This document shows, one piece after another, positions 19,385 to 28,770 of a stretch of 64,000 nucleotides of DNA. This stretch comes from Maridesulfovibrio sp. GTDB taxonomy: Bacteria > Desulfobacterota > Desulfovibrionia > Desulfovibrionales > Desulfovibrionaceae. How positions within the stretch are numbered: position 1 is the stretch's first letter; each line of letters opens with the position of its first letter. The stretch spans positions 3,629,381-3,693,380 of the forward strand of contig NZ_OY787459.1 in the NCBI RefSeq assembly GCF_963678865.1, read 5' to 3'. The notes under the pieces are model-generated. The model ran no database searches. It saw nothing but the letters and a program-made list of their open reading frames with translations, and was not told the origin of the DNA. Both the position numbers and the translations under genes were made by a program.

Positions 19385-20338
19385 CTACATCTTTACCCAG
19401 TCAATGTGCTGCTCATTTTCATCGCGCATCTTGCCGCTGTATGTGAACTCCACGCCAACCCGGCAACTATGTCCGTCCATATTTTCAATGGAGCGGATCT
19501 TGCCCGCATACCAGAATGGTTTAAAAATTTTCTGCCGGAAATTGAACATAAAAATGTTGATCAGCACATCATCATCAGTATTTAATTTTGATTCCACCAG
19601 CCCGGGAGATGCTCCCACCCCGATACCTCCGTTGGAAATATTGATGACCTGATTATCCTCGTGCCCGGTAGAACGGGGATCATAAGAATTGACAGCAAGG
19701 TCCGGAATGCGGTCAGCAAAGGATGTGTCACCGGAGTCGGCAGCTCCAAGCCATAGTTTGACGCGGATGAACTGCTGGTCAACAACCCGTTTGCGTTTGT
19801 GCCTGCGCCGTTTGACCAGTGCAAATTTGCCGGGCGGGGTCAGGGTCATCCTGCCGCAGCCGTCTGTGTCACATTCAAGAGAATTTATGGTGGAGTGAAA
19901 AGAGTTCACTTTTCCGGCCATGCTCTTTTCCGGAGGGAACATCAGAATTATTTTATCATTCTGTTCAAGATGTTTGATGCCGTTTTCTTCAATTATTTCA
20001 AGATGGATACGGTCCGGCTTAACTGCGGTGAGTACCGCCCTGCCCAGAACATCATTATGTTGGCCGGCTGCTGCAATGTCCATAATGGTTCCGCTTTTCT
20101 GAAAAAAATGAACAAAATCAGTCGGCTCTTGGGTTTTCTTTTTCGGGGATTTGGGTCGCAGCCACATAAAGGTGAAAATAGCCGCCAGCAGGGCTGTCAA
20201 TCCTGCCGCAGCCAAAATCAGGTATAGGGATTCCTGAGGTAGGGTCGAAATAATTTTTTCAATGGGACCGACCACTTGTGACTGAATCAGATCAATGATG
20301 TATTGAAAATTTAATTTTTCCATTGTCAAATTTTCCAT
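19385..20338 (-). CDS. PilZ domain-containing membrane protein (YcgR-like)
   Basis: N-terminal TM helix. The c-di-GMP-binding motifs are RRRHKRKR (RxxxR) and INISNGGIGVG (D/NxSxxG). Confidence 0.8.
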   Translation of the reverse strand: MENLTMEKLNFQYIIDLIQSQVVGPIEKIISTLPQESLYLILAAAGLTALLAAIFTFMWLRPKSPKKKTQEPTDFVHFFQKSGTIMDIAAAGQHNDVLGRAVLTAVKPDRIHLEIIEENGIKHLEQNDKIILMFPPEKSMAGKVNSFHSTINSLECDTDGCGRMTLTPPGKFALVKRRRHKRKRVVDQQFIRVKLWLGAADSGDTSFADRIPDLAVNSYDPRSTGHEDNQVINISNGGIGVGASPGLVESKLNTDDDVLINIFMFNFRQKIFKPFWYAGKIRSIENMDGHSCRVGVEFTYSGKMRDENEQHIDWVKM

Positions 20339-20552
20339 AGCGGCTATTATTTACAGTGATAATTTTTTACCATCCATATATGTATGGTCAGTGGCTGTTT
20401 ATTGTCAATGTTATGTAATTGCTGGACTAAGAGAAATATTCTGGCTAATCCTCTCTTTTGCGTACGGTTATTGCCCGTTATGCAGGGGTTTCACTGTGCT
20501 GGGTACGGTGTATATTTATGTTAACTAATTGAAAGCAGGGCTGTTTGATAAA

Positions 20553-21410
20553 ATGCTCGAAAGAACTTTTTGCCATCTCAAAGGAATAGGAAGCAGTACA
20601 GAAGCCAAGATATGGCAGGCTGGCGTGAACAATTGGAATGATATTCTGGACGGTGTAGACACCCCTCTTTCCGATACCAAAAAAAATGATCTGGAAAAGG
20701 GCTGCGGTGAATCAAAGCAGAAACTTGAAGAGTATGATGCCAATTGGTTTGCCGATCGTCTTCCAGCTTCTGACCAGTGGCGGCTGTATTCGCATTTCCG
20801 GGATAATGTAGCCTACATTGATATAGAAACCACCGGAACCGATGCCCACAATTGTGATATCACCACCATAGCGCTCTGGAACGGCAAAGAAATCAAGACC
20901 TACGTACAGGGTAAAAATCTTTATGAATTCGAGGATGAAATTGCCCGCTATCCGTTGATAGTCAGTTTTAACGGAAAGTGCTTTGATGTTCCGTTCATTG
21001 AAAAATATTTCGGCCTGAAAGTTGAGGCTGCCCATATCGACTTGCGTTTTGTGTTTCGTGCCTTGGGCATTACCGGAGGCTTGAAAGGCATTGAACACTA
21101 TTTCGGTATGGATCGTGGTGATGCGGAAGGTTTGGACGGTTATTTTGCTGTCCTGCTTTGGAATGAATATGAGATGAACGGTGATGAACGCGCTCTTGAT
21201 ACTTTGCTGGCTTATAACGTGCTGGACAGTGTTAATCTGGAAAATCTTATGATCAAGGGGTATAATCTTCATATTGAAAGATTTCCCCAGCATGATCTCG
21301 AGCCGATTGCCGAGAAGGTTGAACCTTTGAACCCTTACAAAGCTCACCGGGAGGTGGTCGAGGGAATAAGGGCAAAATATTCCGGGGAAGGATCGTTCCG
21401 CAGATTTTGA
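20553..21410 (+). CDS. RNase H-like (YprB-type 3'-5' exonuclease fold) domain protein
   Basis: AYIDIETTGTD...IVSFNGKCFDVPF...YNVLD is the DEDD-type RNase H-like pattern. I prefer the ATG at 20553 to the TTG at 20529. Confidence 0.78.
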   Translation: MLERTFCHLKGIGSSTEAKIWQAGVNNWNDILDGVDTPLSDTKKNDLEKGCGESKQKLEEYDANWFADRLPASDQWRLYSHFRDNVAYIDIETTGTDAHNCDITTIALWNGKEIKTYVQGKNLYEFEDEIARYPLIVSFNGKCFDVPFIEKYFGLKVEAAHIDLRFVFRALGITGGLKGIEHYFGMDRGDAEGLDGYFAVLLWNEYEMNGDERALDTLLAYNVLDSVNLENLMIKGYNLHIERFPQHDLEPIAEKVEPLNPYKAHREVVEGIRAKYSGEGSFRRF

Positions 21411-21468
21411 TTTTTATAGCGGAACAAAGCCATTTCTTCCACTTGGACAAAATGGAATTTTTTTCCTG

Positions 21469-21505
21469 AAAGGCCGTTTTCAAATCCGAAAACGGCCTTT
21501 TCTTT
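21469..21505 (+). terminator. intrinsic terminator of the RNase H-like gene
   Basis: AAAGGCCGTTTT/AAAACGGCCTTT stem followed by a T-rich tract. Confidence 0.8.
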
Positions 21506-21680
21506 ATATTTTCAAAAATAAAATATATATTTAATTTAGTATGTTATAGTGTTGTGTAGAGTTTTTATACACTCCTGAATCCTCTTGCTTAATAATTGGG
21601 AACAGTCTGTGCATTTCACCGTGCAGTAGGTAAAGCATGCCTTTATGGTTTTAATAATGATGTTCGCAAGGAGTGTTGAA

Positions 21681-22670
21681 ATGCAGGAACAGAGCACAGT
21701 TGAGATAAATAAGATTCACCACGCGTTCATGGGCCCGGAAGAGATGGTCATAGATCCATCGCTATATTCTGACAGTTCGTTGCTTGCAGATGTGGACCGC
21801 ATGAGTGATCCTTCGGTCAGGATCTCAGATTCCATGATTATGGGTATGGTTCTCAAATTTTTCTATTGCTACGTGCATAAGGGCGGTTTTGATCAGCCTG
21901 TTGCCCTTGAAGAAGTGAGCAAGCTGTGTGAAATGTTCAGTCGTCACCGGAGTCTTAATGAGCCTGATGACGACATTGAGCTGATGAATTACCTGCGTCA
22001 GTGGTCTTTTTCTTTGCGTATGCTTGCGGACATAACCAAGACCAGCCATATCATCCGTTCCATCGTGACCCAGAATATTGCTCCTAATCTTCTTGAACAG
22101 GACGAATACGTAGGGCTGGACATAGGTACCGGAACCGGAATCCTGCTCCTTGCCCAGTATATCCATGCCCGCCGCAACGGTTTTAAGGAGATAACCCTTT
22201 ACGGTATTGAATATGATAAAATGGTCGGCTTGCAGAGCTATAAAATTTTTACACAACTTGGAATTGCCGAAATAATTCTCGGTGATGCCCGTGATGCCAA
22301 GAATTATGCACCGCTGGCCAACAAAACGGTGACCTTTGTTTCCAACGAAACCGTGGCTGCCATGCATCAGCCTCTACGCCGTGAACATTTCGTCTCCATC
22401 TGCAAGACTCTTTTTCGCACCATAGGAAAGAATATTAAAGATGCGGCTTTCTTCCCTGAAGGATTAATCGCTTTCTGCAAAGATATGAATGTCTCCGTAC
22501 TGCTGGCGAAAAATACCGCTTTTCAGGGACCCAAAGAATATCATGAGATGAATCTTTTTCCACAAGGCATCATAATTGAAGGAAATATTGTTCCCCTGCA
22601 TCAGCTTGGCGAAGAATTGCTGCCCTATCTTTCCGAATGGGCCCAGCGTAGTCTGCCGCGCAGGTGGTAG
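21681..22670 (+). CDS. putative class I SAM-dependent methyltransferase with an N-terminal domain of unknown function
   Basis: VGLDIGTGTGILLL is motif I, and YGIEYD supplies the acidic end of beta2. The ATG at 21681 is preceded by AAGGAG. Confidence 0.55.
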   Translation: MQEQSTVEINKIHHAFMGPEEMVIDPSLYSDSSLLADVDRMSDPSVRISDSMIMGMVLKFFYCYVHKGGFDQPVALEEVSKLCEMFSRHRSLNEPDDDIELMNYLRQWSFSLRMLADITKTSHIIRSIVTQNIAPNLLEQDEYVGLDIGTGTGILLLAQYIHARRNGFKEITLYGIEYDKMVGLQSYKIFTQLGIAEIILGDARDAKNYAPLANKTVTFVSNETVAAMHQPLRREHFVSICKTLFRTIGKNIKDAAFFPEGLIAFCKDMNVSVLLAKNTAFQGPKEYHEMNLFPQGIIIEGNIVPLHQLGEELLPYLSEWAQRSLPRRW

Positions 22671-22709
22671 AATCCGGCACTTTACACAGCATCATAAATA
22701 TATAATGAT

Positions 22710-22739
22710 CCGCGCGCCTCGCAAGGGGCGCGCTTTTTT
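22710..22739 (+). terminator. intrinsic terminator of the methyltransferase-like gene
   Basis: GCGCGCC...GGCGCGC stem followed by TTTTTT. Confidence 0.85.
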
Positions 22740-22781
22740 GTTTTGAATGCCCCTCTCTTTCAATGATGTTATAGTTCCTTT

Positions 22782-23996
22782 ATGGAGTTCCGTTTGAGTT
22801 TCGACCAGTTTAAATTTGACATGCGCCTTGTTTCCGGTATTCGCAGTGCCGGGTACGAGGTTCCGACCCCTGTGCAGTTAAGGGCTATCCCCGTAGTGCT
22901 TCAGGGACGTGATGTTATGGGGCTGGCTCAGACCGGAACGGGTAAGACTGCCGCTTTTGTCCTGCCTGTTCTGCAACGGTTGCTCAATGCGGGAGCGGAA
23001 AAACGCGGTCCGGCACGGGTGCTTGTTCTATCCCCGACTCGAGAGCTGGCTTTGCAGACTCATGAGGCTTTTATTGAATTGGGTAGGCAGACCGGAATTC
23101 GCAGTGCAGCGGTTTATGGCGGTGCAGGTATCGGCAGACAGGCCAAAGAAGTCAAAAAAGTCACTGTGGTCAATGCCACTCCCGGCAGGTTGCTTGACCT
23201 GCATGAACGGGGCGAGATCGATTTATCACAAGTTGATACCCTTATTTTAGATGAAGCGGACCGTATGCTCGATATGGGCTTCATGGATGAAGTGGAAAAG
23301 ATACTCGGCATATTGCCTGCCAGTCGTCAGAATCTGATGTTTTCGGCTACCATGCCTGATGAAATCAGCAGGCTTTCACAAAATATTCTCCGTGATCCAG
23401 AAGTTGTCCGGGTGGCGGTAACTGTAAGTGCGGACGGGGTAAGCCACTACAGTTGTCCTGTGCCCCTGCATTTGAAGCAGAGTTTCCTGAAAGTTCTGCT
23501 CAAGGAAATTGAATTTGAGCGGGTGCTGGTTTTTGTACGCACCAAACGTTGGGCCAGAAGACTTGCCCAGCGTCTGATCAAAGGCGGTCTGGCTGCTGCG
23601 GACCTGCATGGCGATCTTTCCCAGAGCAAGCGTAACCGGACACTCAGCGGCTTCAAGTTCGGTGATTTCAAAGTGCTGGTAGCTACGGATCTTGCCGCCC
23701 GGGGCATTGACTGTTCTAATATTTCCCACGTCATTAATTATGATATGCCGGACAATGTTGAGATTTTCATTCACCGCACCGGCAGGACCGGACGGGCCGA
23801 GACTAAAGGTATTGCTTATACCTTTGTTGCGGATGAAGACAGAACTCGCCTTACTGAAATAGAGGAATCCCTGGGGTACGGGCTGGAACTTTTTTATCTG
23901 GATAAATTCAATTACAGCGCACCCAAGCCTGACTTCAGCGTTTCAGAAGATACAAAAGGGTGTAAAAAAATCAGCACCCAGTCAAAAAAGAAATAG
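22782..23996 (+). CDS. DEAD-box ATP-dependent RNA helicase (RhlE-like)
   Basis: It has the Q-motif PTPVQ, then AQTGTGKT, DEAD, SAT and HRTGRTGR. Confidence 0.93.
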   Translation: MEFRLSFDQFKFDMRLVSGIRSAGYEVPTPVQLRAIPVVLQGRDVMGLAQTGTGKTAAFVLPVLQRLLNAGAEKRGPARVLVLSPTRELALQTHEAFIELGRQTGIRSAAVYGGAGIGRQAKEVKKVTVVNATPGRLLDLHERGEIDLSQVDTLILDEADRMLDMGFMDEVEKILGILPASRQNLMFSATMPDEISRLSQNILRDPEVVRVAVTVSADGVSHYSCPVPLHLKQSFLKVLLKEIEFERVLVFVRTKRWARRLAQRLIKGGLAAADLHGDLSQSKRNRTLSGFKFGDFKVLVATDLAARGIDCSNISHVINYDMPDNVEIFIHRTGRTGRAETKGIAYTFVADEDRTRLTEIEESLGYGLELFYLDKFNYSAPKPDFSVSEDTKGCKKISTQSKKK

Positions 23997-24036
23997 TTTT
24001 ATATATCGAGGCTCCATGATAAAAGGAGCGGATAAT

Positions 24037-25326
24037 ATGGACATGGTAATGAAAAAATTCTGGATCACCACCTTAGGTTGCAAGATCAACCAGTATGAAA
24101 GCGAATCAGTGCGTGAGCGCTGGCTGCGTATGGGATACGAGCAGGCTGAGAATGATGCCGAGGCCCATGAGATTGTCATCAACTCCTGCGCTGTGACTGC
24201 TGCGGCCCTGCGTGATTTGCGACAGACAGTACGTGGCATCAACCGCCGTAACCCTGAAGGAAAAATTATCATTGCCGGATGTGCTGCACAGGTTTTTGCA
24301 AAAGAGCTTGCTGAACTCCCCGGGGTTGCTGATGTCATTCCGCAGGAACGTAAATTCGAGTTGCTCAAGCTTGAAGATCAGCCTGAAATCTCTGAGGGGC
24401 ATACTCTTTTCCAGCCTTTTGAGATCGATGATTATGAACGCTCAAGGGCGGTGGTCAAAGTGCAGGACGGCTGTTCGCATCGTTGCACCTACTGCATTGT
24501 GCCCATCACCAGAGGGCCGAGTGTGAGCCGTTCGGCTGATGATGTTCTCAATGAAATTTCCCGTCTGCTTGATTCCGGGTTCCGGGAAATGATTATCAGC
24601 GGCATCAACCTCAGTCATTACGGACGCGAGTTTGATGAGAGTTTTGATTTCTGGGATCTCATGAAACTCATCGAAGATGAGTTCGGCGCAGAGTGGGGCG
24701 GGCGCGCAAGACTGCGTATCAGTTCTCTTGAGCCGGGCCAGCTCAATGAGCGGGCGTTGGAAGTTTTTTCAAAATCCAATCTGATCTGCCCTCAGCTGCA
24801 TCTTTCCCTGCAAAGCGGTGACCGTGCGGTGCTTAAACGCATGGGCCGGGGGCATTACAAGCCGGAAGATGTGTTGGTCTTTTTGGATAAACTTAAGGAC
24901 GTATGGCCTGTTTTCGGCCTTGGAGCGGATATTTTGACCGGTTTTCCCGGAGAAACCGAGGAAGAATTTAAAAATACGCTTGAATTTTGCCGTAAACTGC
25001 CCCTATCTTATGCGCATGTCTTTCCGTATTCTGTCCGTCCGGGGACTGCTGCGGCTTCCATGAAAGGGCAGCTGGACGGGCCGACAAAAAAGGAACGGGG
25101 CCGGATTCTGCGTGAAATGATAGAAGAAAAGAAGCAGGAATTTCTGCACCAAATTTCGAAAATGGACTCGCTTAAAGTCCTTTTTCAAAACAAAAACAAG
25201 GGTATCTGCGAATTTTATTCCACCTGTATTCTGGAAGAAGGATTCGAAAACAAAGTGCCCCGTGATTTAATTGAAGTAAAACCCGTCGCTGCAAGCAAAG
25301 ACAGCCTGACGGTAAAAATAAAATAA
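24037..25326 (+). CDS. mtaB: tRNA methylthiotransferase, MiaB-like (MtaB-type)
   Basis: It has a UPF0004 N-terminal domain (LGCKINQYESE), a radical SAM motif (CSHRCTYCIVP) and a TRAM-like C-terminus. The ATG at 24037 has AAGGAG 8 nt upstream. Confidence 0.85.
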   Translation: MDMVMKKFWITTLGCKINQYESESVRERWLRMGYEQAENDAEAHEIVINSCAVTAAALRDLRQTVRGINRRNPEGKIIIAGCAAQVFAKELAELPGVADVIPQERKFELLKLEDQPEISEGHTLFQPFEIDDYERSRAVVKVQDGCSHRCTYCIVPITRGPSVSRSADDVLNEISRLLDSGFREMIISGINLSHYGREFDESFDFWDLMKLIEDEFGAEWGGRARLRISSLEPGQLNERALEVFSKSNLICPQLHLSLQSGDRAVLKRMGRGHYKPEDVLVFLDKLKDVWPVFGLGADILTGFPGETEEEFKNTLEFCRKLPLSYAHVFPYSVRPGTAAASMKGQLDGPTKKERGRILREMIEEKKQEFLHQISKMDSLKVLFQNKNKGICEFYSTCILEEGFENKVPRDLIEVKPVAASKDSLTVKIK

Positions 25327-25334
25327 ACAAATTT

Positions 25335-25419
25335 ACCTCGGCGAAGCCCGATAAGAGTTTTTGGGATTCTTAAACCTTTTTTTAAAAATGGTTTAAGCTC
25401 TCGGATATCCGCCGGAGGC
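25335..25419. repeat. nested-palindrome intergenic element, copy D (degenerate)
   Basis: ACCTCGGCGAAGC...TTTTGGGATTCTTAAACC...GGTTTAAGCTCTCGG...CCGCCGGAGGC, between mtaB and yicC. Confidence 0.75.
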
Positions 25420-25433
25420 AAAAGGAGCAATAA

Positions 25434-26315
25434 ATGCCCGTAAGTATGACCGGATTTGGTCGCGCTGAGACCACCGAAGACAAATGGAGCCATGTTTGGG
25501 AAATCCGTAGCGTTAATTCACGTTTTCTGGATTTGAAATGGCGTCTGCCCAATTCCCTGCGCGGTTATGAATCCCGCTGGGAAAAAATTGTAAGAAAGTA
25601 CGGCTCCCGCGGTCGGGTGGATTTGTCCCTCAATCTGGAAGTTTTCAGCACCGAACTGCTGGGGATAAGCCTGAACCAGCTGCAGGCCAAAGCAATGATT
25701 GATCAGCTTAAAGATATGGCTGTTGCGGACGGCGTGGAATTCACCCCGGACTACAACAGGCTTTTTAATATTTCCGGCCTGTGGCGCGACGCTTCCAGCG
25801 AACCTGATCCTCAGCTCGCCGAGTCCATCAGCGCGGGCCTTGAGAAGGCTTTGGCTAACTGGAAAGAATCCAGAGAAGACGAAGGTGCCGATCTCGTGCG
25901 TGATCTTGAAGAGCGTTTTACCCTGCTCAGGGAATACGCTGAGAAGGTTAAGGTCAAGGTTCCTGAAATTCTGGAGACCAAGCGTGAAGCCCTGATCGAA
26001 AGAGTAAAAGGCAACATGGAGAATCTCGGTGCCGAATACATTGAGGACCGTATGGTACAGGAAGTAGCCATCCTGACCGATAAGCTGGATGTTTCCGAAG
26101 AAATTACGAGACTGGATGCCCATCTGGAGCGTATTTTTGAAGTCCTGCGCGGTAACAAGGATGCCGGTAAGCGTCTTGATTTTCTGCTGCAGGAAACCTT
26201 CAGGGAAATCAATACCTGCGGTAACAAATGTCAGGATTCAGAAGTGAGCAGGATTGTGGTCGAATTCAAGGCCGAACTTGAAAAATGTCGTGAACAGGTT
26301 CAAAACATTGAGTAA
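25434..26315 (+). CDS. yicC: YicC/YloC family endoribonuclease-like protein
   Basis: The N-terminus SMTGFGRAE and the C-terminus EFKAELEKCREQVQNIE are typical YicC ends. 293 aa. Confidence 0.92.
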   Translation: MPVSMTGFGRAETTEDKWSHVWEIRSVNSRFLDLKWRLPNSLRGYESRWEKIVRKYGSRGRVDLSLNLEVFSTELLGISLNQLQAKAMIDQLKDMAVADGVEFTPDYNRLFNISGLWRDASSEPDPQLAESISAGLEKALANWKESREDEGADLVRDLEERFTLLREYAEKVKVKVPEILETKREALIERVKGNMENLGAEYIEDRMVQEVAILTDKLDVSEEITRLDAHLERIFEVLRGNKDAGKRLDFLLQETFREINTCGNKCQDSEVSRIVVEFKAELEKCREQVQNIE

Positions 26316-26321
26316 TCTGGC

Positions 26322-26585
26322 ATGATGCAGAAGCAGACCTTATTAAATATCGGATTCGGTAATTTTGTTGTTTCAAGTCGGGTTATCGCCATCGTCAACC
26401 CTTCTTCTTCGCCCATGCGCAGATTGCGTGAAGACGCAAGGCAGGAAGGCCGGCTGGTGGATGCCACGCAGGGCCGTAAAACCCGTTCCATCATTGTTAC
26501 CGATTCCAATCATGTTATCCTTTCAGCTATTCAGGCTGAAACCATTGGTCACCGTTACACCTCCGAGGAGGGCGACAATGACTGA
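26322..26585 (+). CDS. remA: DUF370 / RemA family protein
   Basis: [19 protein letters not shown]...[28 protein letters not shown] is the RemA signature. 87 aa. Confidence 0.9.
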   Translation: MMQKQTLLNIGFGNFVVSSRVIAIVNPSSSPMRRLREDARQEGRLVDATQGRKTRSIIVTDSNHVILSAIQAETIGHRYTSEEGDND

Positions 26586-27210
26586 TATCCCGGCTCCGAA
26601 GCAGAAAGGGCAGGTGCTGGTCCTCTGTGCTCCGTCCGGTACCGGAAAGAGTACTCTCGTAAAAAAGCTGCGCGGGGAATTCCCGCAGGTCGGTTTTTCC
26701 ATTTCCTGTACCACACGTAATCCGCGTGAAGGTGAAGAGGACGGCAAGGATTACTTTTTTCTGAGTGTCGATGAATTCAATGAAAAGTTGGAAGCCGGGG
26801 AATTTGCGGAATGGGCCGAGGTCCACGGCAATTTCTACGGCACCCCGAAAAAACCGGTGGAAAAGATGCTCTTCAAGGGCATGGATATTCTGTTTGACAT
26901 TGATTTTCAGGGCTGTATGCAGTTGATGGAATCCATGCCGGAGGGTATTTTTGTTTTCCTGATGCCCCCGTCCTACGGGGAGTTGCGCAAGAGACTTGAA
27001 GGACGCAATACCGACACCGAACATATCATTAATCGCCGTATGCGTAATGCCATGGAGGAAATGGCTTCCGCCCCGAAATTCGAGTACTGGATTGTGAATG
27101 ATAATCTGGAAAAGGCTTACGCGGAACTTAGGGCCATTTACCTTGCCGGAAAAAACCGCCCCTGTAGTAATCCGGGGCTTCTTGAAAGTATCTTAAGTAC
27201 ATGGGAATAA
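26578..27210 (+). CDS. gmk: guanylate kinase
   Basis: Taken from the ATG at 26578 inside ORF 26365..27210. It has the P-loop [24 protein letters not shown] and [11 protein letters not shown]. It overlaps remA by 8 nt. Confidence 0.95.
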   Translation: MTDIPAPKQKGQVLVLCAPSGTGKSTLVKKLRGEFPQVGFSISCTTRNPREGEEDGKDYFFLSVDEFNEKLEAGEFAEWAEVHGNFYGTPKKPVEKMLFKGMDILFDIDFQGCMQLMESMPEGIFVFLMPPSYGELRKRLEGRNTDTEHIINRRMRNAMEEMASAPKFEYWIVNDNLEKAYAELRAIYLAGKNRPCSNPGLLESILSTWE

Positions 27211-27220
27211 AGGGAGTAAT

Positions 27221-27913
27221 ATGTCTGAATTAGTTGTTGCCCTCGATTTTAAAGATGCACAAAGCGCAATTGAAATGGCTGAAAAAGTACGCGGCGTGGC
27301 CCCTTGGGTGAAAGTCGGGCTGGAACTTTTTTGCGCTGAAGGTCCTGAGATAATTACACGGTTCAAGGAAATGGGTTTTAAGGTCTTTGTGGACCTGAAA
27401 TTTTTTGACATTCCCAATACAGTGAAAGGTGCGGTGCGTTCCGCCACCCGTGCAGGGGCTGATATGCTCAGCCTGCACGCTCTTGGAGGGGAGCGCATGG
27501 CACTAGCCGCCCGTGAAGGCCGTGCCGAGGGAGCTGGTGGATCCGAGGGACCGCTGCTTATGGCTATTACCATTCTGACCAGCATGGATGAGGAAGATAT
27601 TCCTTTTCCGGTTCCTGATGGATTAGGTTCCGCTGTGCTTGATCTGGCTCTTGCTTCATCGCAGGCCGGGCTGGACGGCGTGGTCTGTTCCGGTCTTGAA
27701 GTCGAAGCCATCAAGGAAAAATGCGGCAAGGATTTTCTGGCCCTTACTCCGGGCATCAGGCCCGCATCTGTTTCCGATGACCAACGTAGGGTGGTTACTC
27801 CATCTCAGGCAGTTGAACGCGGTTCAAATTTTCTCGTAGTCGGCAGGCCGATTACCGGAGCGGATGAACCTGCGAAAGCCGCACAAAGGATTGTTGCTGA
27901 AATGAATTCATAA
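27221..27913 (+). CDS. pyrF: orotidine 5'-phosphate decarboxylase
   Basis: LVVALDF...KVGLELF...VFVDLKFFDIPNTV...VGRPIT are PyrF motifs. Confidence 0.95.
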   Translation: MSELVVALDFKDAQSAIEMAEKVRGVAPWVKVGLELFCAEGPEIITRFKEMGFKVFVDLKFFDIPNTVKGAVRSATRAGADMLSLHALGGERMALAAREGRAEGAGGSEGPLLMAITILTSMDEEDIPFPVPDGLGSAVLDLALASSQAGLDGVVCSGLEVEAIKEKCGKDFLALTPGIRPASVSDDQRRVVTPSQAVERGSNFLVVGRPITGADEPAKAAQRIVAEMNS

Positions 27914-27925
27914 TGAGGGGCGTAT

Positions 27926-28750
27926 ATGGCTGCCAACCGAATTAGCGGTGTTTTTTCTTCAAGTACCGAATCAACTGTAGGAACCGGAACGACCAGCCGT
28001 CAGACCGTGCAGAAAACCTATTGGTTTGTGCAGGAAAAGGATAGTGGTGCTTTGGAAGTGCAGCCCTTGAATAGTAATAATGTTCCTTCCGGTCCGAAAC
28101 TCATGGTCGAGCGCGATAAATTCCTTGATAACTATAACCCTGAGCCGGAGTACTTTATAGAGATTGTCAAGCCGAGCATGGAAGCGCTTGAGGGCAACAT
28201 TAAACGCGGAGAAGGGCACCGCGCAAGCGGTGAAAGCTACAGCGCGGAATATGAATTCGGGCATGCCATTGATATCGATGAAGAGAATGTGCGGGCCAAT
28301 TTCGGCCTCGGGCTGACCTATCTTGAGCGCGGTGAGACCGGGCGGGCGGAGGATGTCTTCCGCAGACTGGTAGGCATCGGGGCTATTTATGAGCCGCAGC
28401 ACAAACATCTTTTTAATGATTTCGGTATCAACCTGCGCCGGAACGGTATGATCGACCAGGCTCTTGAGTATTACCATAAAGCCGAGGAACTCAGTAAGCA
28501 CGATGAGAATCTCTGCCTGAATATTGCCCGGGCTTATTACGAAAAGGGTCAATTTGAGAATTGCATCGAGTATATTAAAAAATCACTGAAGATTAACCCT
28601 GAACTGGAAGAAGCGATCATGTTCTGGGGCTACCTGAAGAACAATGGTTATCTATCTGACGAAGATGATGATCTGAATCTTGATTTTGACGATTTTCAGG
28701 AAAAGCAGGAAAAAGAAGGCCCTATTGCCGGCCTTGAGATTGATTTTTAG
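27926..28750 (+). CDS. tetratricopeptide-repeat protein with an acidic tail
   Basis: TPR-like repeats (NFGLGLTYLERGETGRAEDVF, ALEYYHKAEELS, IARAYYEKGQFENCIEYIKKSLKINP). 274 aa. Confidence 0.72.
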   Translation: MAANRISGVFSSSTESTVGTGTTSRQTVQKTYWFVQEKDSGALEVQPLNSNNVPSGPKLMVERDKFLDNYNPEPEYFIEIVKPSMEALEGNIKRGEGHRASGESYSAEYEFGHAIDIDEENVRANFGLGLTYLERGETGRAEDVFRRLVGIGAIYEPQHKHLFNDFGINLRRNGMIDQALEYYHKAEELSKHDENLCLNIARAYYEKGQFENCIEYIKKSLKINPELEEAIMFWGYLKNNGYLSDEDDDLNLDFDDFQEKQEKEGPIAGLEIDF

Positions 28751-28770
28751 CTGATTTCACGGAGACTGTT

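Noticed and set aside
20553-23996. RNase H-like nuclease, methyltransferase-like protein and DEAD-box helicase in a row, considered as a possible defence cassette
   Set aside because: Each gene has its own strong terminator (21469-21505 and 22710-22739), and the helicase is a canonical RhlE-type DEAD-box protein. The genes look independently transcribed, with no compositional anomaly.
27193-27756. 187-aa minus-strand ORF
   Set aside because: Antisense to pyrF, with a Ser/Pro/Ala-rich shadow composition.
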